Below, in pieces: positions 33,112-43,468 of a DNA stretch of 63,860 nucleotides. The stretch lies in the NCBI GenBank assembly GCA_964545335.1, contig CAZJFQ010000005.1, forward strand, positions 1 to 63,860. Direction: 5' to 3'. The translations under genes and the position numbers were made by a program. The DNA is from an uncultured Gammaproteobacteria bacterium. GTDB lineage: Bacteria > Pseudomonadota > Gammaproteobacteria > Steroidobacterales > CAZJFQ01. Each line of letters starts with the position of its first letter. Position 1 is the first letter of the stretch. The notes beneath the pieces were generated by a model that worked only from the letters and a program-made list of their open reading frames with translations, searched no databases and was not told where the DNA came from.

Positions 33112-33782
33112 TCACAACCCTGTCGCTTGCGCGCGATAGTCAGGCCATCACCGATGGGCACTAGGCTTAAATCGACACGCTGGTCCTCGTGCACATGGGA
33201 ATTGAATTGTCTGATCGCCACCGTATCGTCGTCGGTAATGCGTTGATCCGCCACCGATCCCGACCATAGCGTATTATCGATCATCACCACGCCGCCGGGC
33301 CGGAGCAACCGGAGGGTGCGCTCATAGTATTCAACATAGTTGACCTTGTCGGCATCAATGAAAGCGAGATCAAACGACTCTGCCGCTTTGTTGGTCAACA
33401 GTTCATCAAGTGATACCAGCGCCGGCTGCAGACGAAGCTCGACTCGATCGCTTATACCGGCACGTTCCCAGTATCGCCGTGCGATGCTCGTCCACTCCTC
33501 ACTGACATCGAGTGCCACCACATGGCCCTCCGGTGGCAATGCCTGTGCAACGACCAGGCAACTGTAGCCAGTGAATACACCGATTTCGAGGTATCGGCGT
33601 GCGCGCAGGGTACGCGCTATCAGCGCCATAAACTGGCCCTGCTCCGGTGAAATCTGCATCGCTGCAGCAGACAGTGCCGCCGTTTCCTCACGTAACTCTG
33701 CCAGCAAGGGTGTCTCCCGCGAGGACGTGTCGATAAGGTACGCGTAAAGCCGGTCGTCCAAAGTGATCGTTCGCAAGGACAT
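33087..33782 (-). CDS. Class I SAM-dependent O-methyltransferase (caffeoyl-CoA/COMT-like, Methyltransf_3)
   Basis: MQISPEQGQF, LEIGVFTGYS, FIDADKVNY, DNTLWSG, VPIGDGLT; start at Met45 of the track ORF. Confidence 0.93.
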   Translation of the reverse strand: MSLRTITLDDRLYAYLIDTSSRETPLLAELREETAALSAAAMQISPEQGQFMALIARTLRARRYLEIGVFTGYSCLVVAQALPPEGHVVALDVSEEWTSIARRYWERAGISDRVELRLQPALVSLDELLTNKAAESFDLAFIDADKVNYVEYYERTLRLLRPGGVVMIDNTLWSGSVADQRITDDDTVAIRQFNSHVHEDQRVDLSLVPIGDGLTIARKRQGCELTMNSEQ

Positions 33783-33866
33783 TAAAAATCCCCATTGTTT
33801 TTCGACGTGCGCCTGAGGAGTATCATGGCACAACTCGGCTGATTCTAGCTTGCGAAACCCTGTCTC

Positions 33867-34631
33867 ATGCGCAATTCGGCACCCGTACGCCTGTTGCAGT
33901 TGACGGACACCCATTTGTTTTCAGATGAGTCCGGGACGATGCACGGCGTCAATACGGAGGCGGCCCTGGAAAAGGTTCTTGCCGCTGTCGGCAACCCCGA
34001 CTGGTCGCCTGACGGCGTACTTGCGACCGGTGATTTGTCACAGGACGGCTCGTCGGCTTCCTATAAGCGATTGCGTCGACTGGTCGGTCAGCTCGGCATA
34101 CCGGTCTACTGCCTGCCCGGCAACCACGACGATCCCGCCGTAATGCAAAACCTGCTCAACGAGACCCCGTTCAATTACTGCAGAACGCAGAAGTTAGACG
34201 GCTGGCGTGTGCCGATGCTCGACAGTTTTCTCGCTCATCGTGCCGGTGGAAGGCTGCAATCATCAACGCTGGCGACGCTACGCCAGGATCTGGCGACCTC
34301 GGCATCTGAACACGTACTCATCTGTCTGCACCATCACCCGATTAAGATGCACAGTCGCTGGCTTGACACTGTGGGGCTGGAAGAATCCGGTGAGTTTCTC
34401 GATCTCGTTCACTCCTCCGGCAATGTCCGTGGTGTACTGTGGGGCCACGTTCATCAGGAGTTCGACGAAATTGTCGATGGCATTCGTTTTATGGCGTCGC
34501 CGTCCACATGTTTCCAGTTTCTGCCACGGGTGCAGGATTTTGCAATCGACAGCAGGCCGCCCGGATATCGGTGGCTTGAACTGCATCCGGACGGTACGAT
34601 CGAAACTGCTGTACGCTGGATCGACGATTAA
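33867..34631 (+). CDS. cpdA: 3',5'-cyclic-nucleotide phosphodiesterase (class III metallophosphoesterase)
   Basis: TDTH, TGDLSQD, PGNHD, HHHP, WGHVHQ, SPSTCFQF. Confidence 0.92.
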   Translation: MRNSAPVRLLQLTDTHLFSDESGTMHGVNTEAALEKVLAAVGNPDWSPDGVLATGDLSQDGSSASYKRLRRLVGQLGIPVYCLPGNHDDPAVMQNLLNETPFNYCRTQKLDGWRVPMLDSFLAHRAGGRLQSSTLATLRQDLATSASEHVLICLHHHPIKMHSRWLDTVGLEESGEFLDLVHSSGNVRGVLWGHVHQEFDEIVDGIRFMASPSTCFQFLPRVQDFAIDSRPPGYRWLELHPDGTIETAVRWIDD

Positions 34632-34676
34632 CCGCCGTACAGGATTCATAACCCGGGCACTGCCCGATAGCTGCGA

Positions 34677-35624
34677 ATGAAGGACTATCAACTAGATGTA
34701 AGTACGCCGGTGCGGCAGTCAAATCGTCGCCGGCGTTGCAGAATCAGGTCTGTTTGCCTGACTACGGTCGTCGTAGCCTGCATCGCCGTTACTCAGGCCG
34801 GTGCAGCAACTCAGGAACCCGGGCTGGTTTACCGCATGGAGGGTAACGACAACGTCATCTACCTGCTGGGCTCGATTCATTTGCTGCGGGAGGAAGATCA
34901 TCCGCTGCCCGCAACGTTCGAGTCTGTTTACCGCGACGCAGATGCACTCGTAATGGAACTCGACATGGACGATCTGGACCCGCTGGAGACACAACAAATC
35001 ATGTTGAGTCGCGGTCTGTCAATGCATGCAGATAACCTTAAAAGAATCATGGGTGAGGATGATTACGCCCGTGCGCGCCGGATGATTGACGATCTCGGTC
35101 TGGCGGTTCCGTTTCTGGATCAGGCGAAACCCTGGTTTGCCGCTCTGACAATTATCAATCTGCAGTTCATTCGGTTGGGTTTCGATGTTGAGTACGGAGT
35201 GGAATCATGGTTTACCATACAGGCGATCAATGACGGCAAGGAAATCGCCGGACTGGAAAGCCTCGAGCAACAACTCGCCATTTTTGATGGCATGGATCCC
35301 GGGACTCAGAGTCGGTTTCTGCTCCTTTCTCTCGAGGAGGCTGATCAAATGGCCGGAGATATGAGTCATCTGATCGACGCCTGGAAAAAAGGCGATGCGA
35401 AAACTCTCGAACGCGAACTGATCAGTGATTTCGAATCAGTTCCTTCGGTATATCGAAAACTCGTGGTGGATCGTAACCGGGCGTGGCAGAAGTATGTAGA
35501 AGAACTGGCCGTCGAGACTGATAACTACCTTGTTATTGTAGGTGCGCTGCATCTGGTCGGCAACGATGGCCTGATCAACATGCTCAGAGAAGACGGGTAC
35601 CACATATCGCGCATGCTCCACTGA
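34677..35624 (+). CDS. TraB/GumN family protein
   Basis: YLLGSIH, GLESLEQQ, DRNRAW, VGALHLVG. Confidence 0.9.
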   Translation: MKDYQLDVSTPVRQSNRRRRCRIRSVCLTTVVVACIAVTQAGAATQEPGLVYRMEGNDNVIYLLGSIHLLREEDHPLPATFESVYRDADALVMELDMDDLDPLETQQIMLSRGLSMHADNLKRIMGEDDYARARRMIDDLGLAVPFLDQAKPWFAALTIINLQFIRLGFDVEYGVESWFTIQAINDGKEIAGLESLEQQLAIFDGMDPGTQSRFLLLSLEEADQMAGDMSHLIDAWKKGDAKTLERELISDFESVPSVYRKLVVDRNRAWQKYVEELAVETDNYLVIVGALHLVGNDGLINMLREDGYHISRMLH

Positions 35625-35630
35625 GCACGT

Positions 35631-35795
35631 TCAGATCTCCACCATCTCGAAATCTTCCTTGCCGGCACCGCAATCCGGGCAGCGCCAGGCGATCGGCACA
35701 TCTTCCCACCGTGTGCCGGGAACAATTCCGGATTCCGGATCACCCTCGGCCTCATGATAGAGAAATCCGCAGATGACACACATATAGGTCTTCAT
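35631..35795 (-). CDS. rubA: Rubredoxin (54 aa; absent from the ORF track)
   Basis: Translated by hand: [54 protein letters not shown], with two CxxC motifs; divergent from thiD. Confidence 0.96.
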   Translation of the reverse strand: MKTYMCVICGFLYHEAEGDPESGIVPGTRWEDVPIAWRCPDCGAGKEDFEMVEI

Positions 35796-35895
35796 GTCCA
35801 AACGATTGCAGTGGCACCCGAAACTGAAAGCCCAAGTGCATATTCTCCCACGACCGTGACGGGCATAGAATCCCGTTCAGGCATTTTTAAGTCCC

Positions 35896-36696
35896 GTGAC
35901 CGTGAGTGACAAAAGCCCCAGCGTACTGATCATTGCCGGCAATGATCCATCGGGCGGCGCCGGTATTCAGGCTGACATCCAGGCTATCAGCGATGCCGGC
36001 GTCCATCCGGCCCCGGTCATCACCGCCCTCACCGTACAGGACACCCGCAACGCATACGACGTGCAGCCGGTTGATGCCGGGCTGGTTTTCGCGCAGGCGG
36101 AAACGGTGCTTAAGGATCTCGCGGTCAGGGCCATCAAGCTCGGCCTGCTGGGCACACCAGAGATCGCGAACCGCGTCGCATATCTGCTCCGGCAACATGC
36201 CAGTATCCCGGTTATTCTCGACCCTGTTCTGGTTGCTGCAGGCGGCGCCCGGCTGGGGAAAGCGGGTCTCAGGGAATCGCTGCGGCGCGAGCTGCTGCCG
36301 TGCACCACGATTGTTACACCCAATGCCAGTGAAATCCGGGCACTGGCGCCTGATCTCGATACCAACCACTTGCGAGCCATGCATCTTGTCGAGCAGGGTG
36401 CTGACTATGTTCTCGTCAAAGGAGGAGATGAAGATACTCCCAGGGTAGTCAATATCCTGTTCGGACAGGATGGCGAACGGGCGCGGTACACCTTTCCCCG
36501 GTTGCCACATGAGTATCACGGTTCGGGTTGCACGCTGGCAGCGGCAATCGCCGCTCGACTGGCCCTTGGGCACGATCTCGGCGACGCAGTCCAGGACGCG
36601 CAGGATTATACGTTTAAGGCCTTATCCGCAGCGCTGACGATTGGTGGTGGTCAGCGAATACCCAAGCGGATCCGGCCCGGCGCGCGTTCGGATTGA
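35896..36696 (+). CDS. thiD: Hydroxymethylpyrimidine/phosphomethylpyrimidine kinase
   Basis: IAGNDPSGGAGIQADI, LTVQDT, TPNASE, YHGSGCTLA. Confidence 0.93.
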   Translation: MTVSDKSPSVLIIAGNDPSGGAGIQADIQAISDAGVHPAPVITALTVQDTRNAYDVQPVDAGLVFAQAETVLKDLAVRAIKLGLLGTPEIANRVAYLLRQHASIPVILDPVLVAAGGARLGKAGLRESLRRELLPCTTIVTPNASEIRALAPDLDTNHLRAMHLVEQGADYVLVKGGDEDTPRVVNILFGQDGERARYTFPRLPHEYHGSGCTLAAAIAARLALGHDLGDAVQDAQDYTFKALSAALTIGGGQRIPKRIRPGARSD

Positions 36697-36700
36697 TCTC

Positions 36701-37333
36701 ATGACCGGTCAGATGCTGCGAGGCCTCTATGCCGTGGCCGACACACAGGTCATAGACGGTGAGAAGCTGTATTCCTGTGTCGAGGCGGCAATCGAAGGCG
36801 GCGCCCGAATCGTGCAGTATCGTGACAAGTCCGATCAGCCCGCTCGCCGCACCCACCAGGCGCTGCTACTCGCCGCGCTGTGCCACGAACACGGTGTACT
36901 GTTCCTGATCAATGACGACGTTGAGCTGGCACGCGAGACCGGGGCCGCCGGCGTACATGTCGGTAGACATGATTGCCCCGTATCGGAAGCCCGCTGCTTA
37001 CTCGGCGGTGACGCGATCGTCGGTGTTTCGTGCTATGACTCTCTGCAGCGTGCCCGGACCGCTGCAGCGGATGGCGCGAACTACGTGGCCTTTGGCCGTG
37101 TATTCTCTTCGCCGACAAAACCGGACGCGTGCCGCGTATCGCTTGAAACGGTATCCGCTGCCCGGGACGAGTTGGATATTCCGATCGCATGCATTGGCGG
37201 CATTACACACGAAAACGCGCAAGACGTCGTCCGTGCCGGCGCGGATATGATCGCGGTGATCAGTGCACTGTTTCGGACCAAGGATGTCTCCAGGGCGGCC
37301 CGACTAATCGCCGATGTCTTTGTGGACGTCTGA
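36701..37333 (+). CDS. thiE: Thiamine-phosphate synthase
   Basis: VQYRDK, INDD, GVHVG, GVSCY, SPTKP, CIGGI. Confidence 0.94.
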   Translation: MTGQMLRGLYAVADTQVIDGEKLYSCVEAAIEGGARIVQYRDKSDQPARRTHQALLLAALCHEHGVLFLINDDVELARETGAAGVHVGRHDCPVSEARCLLGGDAIVGVSCYDSLQRARTAAADGANYVAFGRVFSSPTKPDACRVSLETVSAARDELDIPIACIGGITHENAQDVVRAGADMIAVISALFRTKDVSRAARLIADVFVDV

Positions 37334-37398
37334 CATAACTGAGGATTGGATTGAGTTAGGATTACTGCGGCCCCTATCACAGGCAAGGAAGTCTCGCG

Positions 37399-38667
37399 AT
37401 GAGCTTGTTTGAGGAAGCAAAGCAATACATTCCCGGCGGCGTAAATTCCCCGGTCCGGGCTTTCGGCGCTGTCGGTGGCGATCCGGTTTTTATTGCAAGC
37501 GCCCGCGGCTCACGACTGACCACTCCCGACAACCGGGAGCTGATCGATTACGTCGGATCGTGGGGCCCGGCGATTGTTGGCCATGCGCATCCGGATGTCG
37601 TGGCGGCCGTTTCCCGCGCGGCCGAAAATGGCCTCAGCTTCGGGGCCCCAACGGAAGCGGAAACCGGCCTCGCCGAGAAAGTCTGTGATCTGATGCCGAC
37701 GATTGAACGGGTACGTGTGGTGAGTTCGGGAACCGAAGCAACAATGTCGGCAATCCGTCTTGCGCGCGGTTATACGGGACGCGACAAGATTGCAAAGTTT
37801 GAAGGATGCTATCACGGTCACTCGGATGCCCTGCTGGTCAAAGCAGGATCTGGCGCGCTTACCCTCGGAGTACCGACGTCAGCCGGTGTCCCGGCTGCAT
37901 TCACAAAAGACACCCTCTGTCTGACGTTCAACGATCTCGATTCCGTCCACGAAGCCTTTGCGCAAGACGGCGACAAGATCGCCGGCATCATAGTAGAACC
38001 GGTGGCCGGTAACATGAACTGTATTCCTCCGGTGCCCGGGTTTCTCGAAGGGCTGCGCGGTCTTTGCGACCAATACGGCAGCCTGTTAATTTTCGATGAG
38101 GTCATGACCGGCTTCCGCGTTGCCCTAGGCGGTGCTCAGTCCCTATTCAATATTCGGCCGGACATAACGACGCTGGGGAAAGTCCTTGGTGGCGGCATGC
38201 CGGTTGCAGCCTTCGGCGGGCGCAAGGACATCATGTCATCGATAGCGCCGGAGGGTCCGGTCTACCAGGCAGGCACTCTGTCGGGCAATCCGGTGGCCAT
38301 GGCTGCCGGATTGGCGACGCTCGAGATCGTGAGTACTCCGGGCTTCTACGCGGACCTGTCAGACCGAACATCAACGCTCGCAAACGGTTTGGCAGGTGCG
38401 GCAGAATCCGCCGCTGTTGCGTTGTCGGTCAATCAGATTGGCGGGATGTTTGGATTCTTTTTCACCGACGAACCAGAGGTACGGTCTTACAGTCAGGTCG
38501 TGGCATGCGATCAGGATCGATTCCGCAGATTTTTCCACCTGATGCTCGATCGCGGCATATATTTTGCACCAAGCGCATTCGAGGCCGGCTTCGTTTCTAT
38601 AGCGCATGATGCCGTGGACATTTCAGAAACACTTGCTGCCGCGCAGGAAGTATTTACTCTGCTCTAA
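37399..38667 (+). CDS. hemL: Glutamate-1-semialdehyde 2,1-aminomutase
   Basis: [50 protein letters not shown]. Confidence 0.97.
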   Translation: MSLFEEAKQYIPGGVNSPVRAFGAVGGDPVFIASARGSRLTTPDNRELIDYVGSWGPAIVGHAHPDVVAAVSRAAENGLSFGAPTEAETGLAEKVCDLMPTIERVRVVSSGTEATMSAIRLARGYTGRDKIAKFEGCYHGHSDALLVKAGSGALTLGVPTSAGVPAAFTKDTLCLTFNDLDSVHEAFAQDGDKIAGIIVEPVAGNMNCIPPVPGFLEGLRGLCDQYGSLLIFDEVMTGFRVALGGAQSLFNIRPDITTLGKVLGGGMPVAAFGGRKDIMSSIAPEGPVYQAGTLSGNPVAMAAGLATLEIVSTPGFYADLSDRTSTLANGLAGAAESAAVALSVNQIGGMFGFFFTDEPEVRSYSQVVACDQDRFRRFFHLMLDRGIYFAPSAFEAGFVSIAHDAVDISETLAAAQEVFTLL

Positions 38668-38750
38668 AAGGAGCAATTGGCTGCATTGACAATCGCATCG
38701 ACTTGGAGTGTTGTCGTCTCCGACTGCAACAATCCGACACGATGCAACGT

Positions 38751-39080
38751 CTATTCTCCTTCCAGGTGCGGTTCAACCCCTTCGCGAAGCAGCCGGATCA
38801 GCGCCGGATCCATGTAATCAAATATATCCGGAATGTTGAGACAAACAATTTCTTTGTCATGTATGACGGTTGCAAAGGACTTCTCAAGGAATCTGTGGTG
38901 TCGGTCCTCCATCACAAATATTTTGTCGGCCCAAAGCAGTTGCTTTTCACTGACCACCTCGATCGCGCCACTGGAGATGCCGGCCGAGCGCGCTTCCACG
39001 CCCTGGCGACCGGTATAGATTTGTTCGCCCGTTGGGCTGCGTAGCATATTCTGCGTACAGATAAAGAGGATCCTTGTCAT
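38751..39080 (-). CDS. Short low-molecular-weight protein-tyrosine-phosphatase-like protein
   Basis: N-terminal P-loop CTQNMLRS (CX5R), SAG, IPDIFDYMDP. Confidence 0.82.
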   Translation of the reverse strand: MTRILFICTQNMLRSPTGEQIYTGRQGVEARSAGISSGAIEVVSEKQLLWADKIFVMEDRHHRFLEKSFATVIHDKEIVCLNIPDIFDYMDPALIRLLREGVEPHLEGE

Positions 39081-39086
39081 GGCAAA

Positions 39087-39692
39087 TCAGGCATGACGCC
39101 AGTCATCCGGATCGTCCTGATTCCCTGGCGACAATCCAATGCGGTCGCCTTCCGTTATAACACCGAGACCAAGGACGGTTCGATTCGCGTAAGCAAAATA
39201 ACTGATGACCTGGTTGAGTTCGAGAATATCACCATCGTCAAGCCCGACAGCCCGCAGTTCATCGATCCGCGCCGGTTCGATCATTTGCGGATTCAGCGTA
39301 AGCACTTCGGCATAATGGATCATCGCACGCACCCTATCATCAAGAACATCGTGAGGACCGGAACCTTCAAGGGCACTTATGATGGATTCCGCGTGAGACT
39401 GATCTCCAAGCAATCGACGGAGGCCCTGACTATGATGCTGTACACAGTAATCGCACTCGTTCAGGCGGCTTACAACGACCCCGACCGCCTCCAGCAACCA
39501 CTCCGGCAACTGGTTTGCAGTGTGGTGCAGCACGCTTTTGTAGAGCTCCATGTGACCGTTTAGCGTATGTGGCCTCAAGCCATGAACGGTCACGATGTTG
39601 TCGAGATAATTGTCCTTGCCCCGGATGCGATCGTAGACGTCGCGCAGGACGCCAGCGGATTCTTCGTAGCTTATTGACCTGATCCAGCTCAT
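39087..39692 (-). CDS. Peroxidase-related, AhpD/CMD-family protein
   Basis: VSRLNECDYCVQHH motif, ISYFAYANR; GGAGG RBS before 39692. Confidence 0.87.
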   Translation of the reverse strand: MSWIRSISYEESAGVLRDVYDRIRGKDNYLDNIVTVHGLRPHTLNGHMELYKSVLHHTANQLPEWLLEAVGVVVSRLNECDYCVQHHSQGLRRLLGDQSHAESIISALEGSGPHDVLDDRVRAMIHYAEVLTLNPQMIEPARIDELRAVGLDDGDILELNQVISYFAYANRTVLGLGVITEGDRIGLSPGNQDDPDDWRHA

Positions 39693-39741
39693 ACCACCTC
39701 CCGGCCGGCTTGTGGTTGTCATGCGCCCGGTAATCGAACGC

Positions 39742-40332
39742 TCAGTCTACAGCGCCGATCGTTTTAATCATTGATTTGAGAAGCTTGAGGCGCCCCAGGG
39801 GATCCGTGATTTCAAGACAGTGCTGCCGCTGCTCGAGACTGGCCGGAATGATTTCAGCGAGACGATAGCCAACCCACGACGCATCGGTAAAATGGCGTTC
39901 GACCTTTTCGTAAAATCCACCGACCTGATTCATAAGATCCTCGAGCACTTCGGCGAGTATCGCGTAATCATCCGGCAACGATGTTTTTGGTTCGACAGGA
40001 AACAATTCAACTTTGGCGGCATGCAGACCATCAGCTTCTGTACGCGCCTCGGTCACCAGAAATCGTTCCTCGCCGTTTACGTTGATTCTCAGCACGCTGT
40101 CGTCGCCCTGGAACCAATCGCAAACGCGGGCCAGCGTTCCGACCTCGTAAGTCGTCGCGGGGCCGATTTCGGCTCCTTCACGTATCAGAATCACGCCAAA
40201 GCCGCTGCCCTCCTTCAGGCACTGGCTGATCATCCGCAGATATCGTGGTTCGAATATCTTCAGCGGCATCGGACCGCCGGGAAACAGCACAGCCTGCAGA
40301 GGAAACAGCGGTATGTCGAGGGTAGTCATCAT
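39742..40332 (-). CDS. Stand-alone LON peptidase substrate-binding (N-terminal) domain protein
   Basis: IPLFPLQAVLFPG...LKIFEPRYLRM...GFGVILI. Confidence 0.9.
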   Translation of the reverse strand: MMTTLDIPLFPLQAVLFPGGPMPLKIFEPRYLRMISQCLKEGSGFGVILIREGAEIGPATTYEVGTLARVCDWFQGDDSVLRINVNGEERFLVTEARTEADGLHAAKVELFPVEPKTSLPDDYAILAEVLEDLMNQVGGFYEKVERHFTDASWVGYRLAEIIPASLEQRQHCLEITDPLGRLKLLKSMIKTIGAVD

Positions 40333-40350
40333 GAGACCGCGCCCGGGCCT

Positions 40351-41742
40351 TCACCGGCCGGTGGCGGACTCTGTTGCTGTCAGCGCCGCAAGGGATTTGA
40401 GCAAGCGATCGTGGATTCCATCGAAACTGCCGTTGCTCATAATAACGACGTGATCACCGGCCGTTACCTCGGCGACCAGCGCGGCGAGAAGATCATCGGT
40501 CGAGTCCGTAACGACAGCCTTGTTACCCAGCCCGGCCACAGTCTCCGCAGGATCCCATTGCAGTCCTTCCGGTCGATAAATAAATACCCTGGCCGCGGCG
40601 TTCAGAGCGTCGGGTAGCCGCGATCGATGTACACCGAGCTTCATCGTATGCGACCGTGGTTCGAGCACGGCAATGACCCGATCCGGGCCAGCGATCTCCC
40701 GCATTGCCGCAAGTGTACTTCCGATTTCGGTCGGATGATGTGCGAAATCGTCATAGACGGTTACGCCACCAGTTACACCACGCACCTCCAGCCGCCGGCG
40801 AATGCCACTAAAATTCCTTAACGACTCTGCTGCATGCGCAGCCTCGACGCCCGCATGATAGGCAGCCGCGATCGCTGCTAAACCGTTCTCGATGTTGTGA
40901 CTTCCAGTGAGTCCCCACTCGACCCTGCCGGCCGCAAGACCGTTGTGCAGAACTTCGAACCGGCTGTTCGATGATCCGGCTGCCGCAAGCCAGGGGTATG
41001 CCACCCCGGACTGGATAGAAAATTCCTCGGTCTCAGACCAGCAGCCGCGACTAAGTACATCGACAAGATGATCATCCCCTGCATTCACGATGATGCGGCC
41101 GTTGGCAGGAATAGTGCGGATCAGGTGGTGAAACTGAGTCTTGATCGCATCGAGATCGTCGAAGATATCCGCATGATCAAACTCGAGATTGTTCAATACC
41201 AGCGTTTTTGGCCGGTAGTGTAGAAATTTTGAACGTTTGTCAAAGAACGCGGTGTCGTACTCATCGGCCTCAACAACAAAGTGCGGCCCGGTCCCGAGAC
41301 GCGCCGAGACACCGAAGTCCTTAGGGATGCCGCCAATCAGGAAGCCCGGATCATGTCCGGCCTGATCGAGAATCCAGGACAACAGGCTAGCTCCGGTGGT
41401 CTTGCCATGGGTTCCGGCCACCGCAAGCACCCATCGGTCATGCAGCACGTTTTCCGACAGCCAAGCCGGGCCCGATGTATAAGGTATTTTGTTGTCGAGC
41501 ACATACTCGACTGTCGGGTTGCCCCGGCTCAGGGCATTGCCGATCAGAACGTAGTCGGGCGCGGGTTGCAGATGCCGGGGATCGTACCCCGGCATTATTT
41601 CGATGCCGAGTTCCGCGAGTGCGTCGCTCATTGGCGGATATATACCCTGATCCGACCCCGTCACCCGATGACCGGATTCGCGGGCAAGGGCAGCAACTCC
41701 CCCCATAAACGTTCCGCAGATTCCAAGTATGTGCAGGTGCAT
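40351..41742 (-). CDS. mpl: Murein peptide ligase
   Basis: HILGICGTFMGG, GTHGKTT, EADEYDTAFFDKRSKF, DDFAHHPT, EPRSHTM. Confidence 0.96.
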   Translation of the reverse strand: MHLHILGICGTFMGGVAALARESGHRVTGSDQGIYPPMSDALAELGIEIMPGYDPRHLQPAPDYVLIGNALSRGNPTVEYVLDNKIPYTSGPAWLSENVLHDRWVLAVAGTHGKTTGASLLSWILDQAGHDPGFLIGGIPKDFGVSARLGTGPHFVVEADEYDTAFFDKRSKFLHYRPKTLVLNNLEFDHADIFDDLDAIKTQFHHLIRTIPANGRIIVNAGDDHLVDVLSRGCWSETEEFSIQSGVAYPWLAAAGSSNSRFEVLHNGLAAGRVEWGLTGSHNIENGLAAIAAAYHAGVEAAHAAESLRNFSGIRRRLEVRGVTGGVTVYDDFAHHPTEIGSTLAAMREIAGPDRVIAVLEPRSHTMKLGVHRSRLPDALNAAARVFIYRPEGLQWDPAETVAGLGNKAVVTDSTDDLLAALVAEVTAGDHVVIMSNGSFDGIHDRLLKSLAALTATESATGR

Positions 41743-42263
41743 TACGTGGTGCCGACCAGCATCAGATTGGCGAGACCGATTACTGTAGCAAAGTATATGA
41801 CAGCAATTGCTGTCGCCCCGGCAAGCGGAATTTCCAGAGCGTGCCGAAAAACATGCGCGACAATGACAAGGAACCAGAAATACAGGCCGAGGATAAAAGG
41901 GTCGGGTGCAGCAAGAGTCAGTGGCTCGACATTGAGAAGGTTACGCCAGGCCAGCAACGGCAGTTGCAGCAGCGACAGAAACGCGTCTGCGCCCAGCAGT
42001 GCTGTGCCACTTTGCAGAAACCGCTTCCGCCGACCGTACATTGACAAAACCAGCCAGACAAAAAGCAGCAACCAAAGTGTGCTCAGGAATATCTGAACGA
42101 GTTCGCCATCCCCACCGCCGGCGCTGTTCACAAACGATTGCAAAATACTGATCGTGATGTTGGTGATCAGCGTAAGCAGGAACAAAAACGACGAGGCAGG
42201 CAGATCCTGCGGCCCCTGCCGCATGAACGCAATATCCATGTATGCCTGCAGCAAACCAGGCAT
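41742..42263 (-). CDS. Hypothetical integral membrane protein (about 5 TM helices)
   Basis: Hydrophobic segments; GPQDLPAS motif; stop overlaps the mpl start; start uncertain (track ORF extends to 42383). Confidence 0.7.
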   Translation of the reverse strand: MPGLLQAYMDIAFMRQGPQDLPASSFLFLLTLITNITISILQSFVNSAGGGDGELVQIFLSTLWLLLFVWLVLSMYGRRKRFLQSGTALLGADAFLSLLQLPLLAWRNLLNVEPLTLAAPDPFILGLYFWFLVIVAHVFRHALEIPLAGATAIAVIYFATVIGLANLMLVGTT

Positions 42264-42280
42264 GATCAGCGGGGCAAGGC

Positions 42281-43456
42281 GTGGGCCGCACTCATACATG
42301 CATGATAACCTGCGCCAGGCATCAGGGTAATGAGACTGCTTTGAATCTCGGCAATAAGTCAGTTTTGGTCGACCGTCCCGCAACGCTGGTTCAACTATCG
42401 CGTCAGTTGGATAACGCCGAGTTTGTCGCCTTGGACACCGAGTTCGTCAGGGAACGAACCTATTTCCCGAAGCTCTGCCTGCTGCAACTGGCGACTCCGG
42501 ATAGTGCAGTTTGTGTCGACGTCTGGAAACTTGGAGATATTTCACCGCTCCTGGAAAAATTATTTGACAAAAACATCGTCAAGGTCCTGCACAGCGGTCG
42601 TCAGGATCTGGAGTTGCTGTTTCATCTGACCGGACGCGTTCCTGCACCGGCCTTCGACACACAGATTGCCATGGGACTCCTCGGCGTCGAACCGCAGATC
42701 AGTTATTCCGCAATGGTGCACAAACTGTTCGGCAGATCTCTCGACAAATCCCACACCCGGACCGACTGGACACGCCGGCCATTGACACCGTCACAACTCC
42801 GATATGCGCTCGACGACGTCGAGTATCTCGCGCGCGCCTATCCGTGTGTGCGCGAAAACCTCGAGTCCCGTGGCCGGCTCGACTGGCATCGGGAAGACTG
42901 CGACCTGCTAGCGCGTACCGATCTTTATGAACCTCAACCCGAAGCAAGCTGGCAACGAATTCGGGGCACGGGATCGCTGGACCCTGAAGGTCTGACAGCA
43001 CTAAAATGTCTGTCGGCCTGGCGGGAACTCGAGGCAATGGAGCGCGACCGGCCGCGCCAGTGGATCCTGTCCGATGCGGTGCTCGTACGTCTCGCGAAAT
43101 GCAGACCCGGGTCCGGACTGGAATTGGAAAAAATAAAAGACCTCAGGAAATCGGCCGTGCAACGGTATAGCACGGTGATCCTTGAGATACTGAATCGGTC
43201 AGCATCGATCCCTCAGACAGTTCCAACAGACACGCAAACACCACCTGATCCGGTGAACCAGACGACAATGGGCTGTCTGCGACGCGAAGTCAGAAGGCGA
43301 GCAGCGGAGCTGGGTATTGATCCGTCGATACTGGCACCACGGAGCGAACTCAAGCGTTTGTTACGTAACGATCCTGATTGTCTGCTGGTCTCAGGCTGGC
43401 GTTTTCGTGTGCTGGGAAACCAGCTGCTGCAGCGTGTCAGCTCTGATACCACGTAG
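42281..43456 (+). CDS. rnd: Ribonuclease D (start probably TTG at 42341)
   Basis: ALDTEFVRERTYFPKLCLLQLA, LHSGRQDLE, FDTQIA, YALDDV; HRDC region RDRPRQWIL; C-terminal GWR. Confidence 0.93.
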   Translation: MGRTHTCMITCARHQGNETALNLGNKSVLVDRPATLVQLSRQLDNAEFVALDTEFVRERTYFPKLCLLQLATPDSAVCVDVWKLGDISPLLEKLFDKNIVKVLHSGRQDLELLFHLTGRVPAPAFDTQIAMGLLGVEPQISYSAMVHKLFGRSLDKSHTRTDWTRRPLTPSQLRYALDDVEYLARAYPCVRENLESRGRLDWHREDCDLLARTDLYEPQPEASWQRIRGTGSLDPEGLTALKCLSAWRELEAMERDRPRQWILSDAVLVRLAKCRPGSGLELEKIKDLRKSAVQRYSTVILEILNRSASIPQTVPTDTQTPPDPVNQTTMGCLRREVRRRAAELGIDPSILAPRSELKRLLRNDPDCLLVSGWRFRVLGNQLLQRVSSDTT

Positions 43457-43468
43457 CGAACAGCTTGT

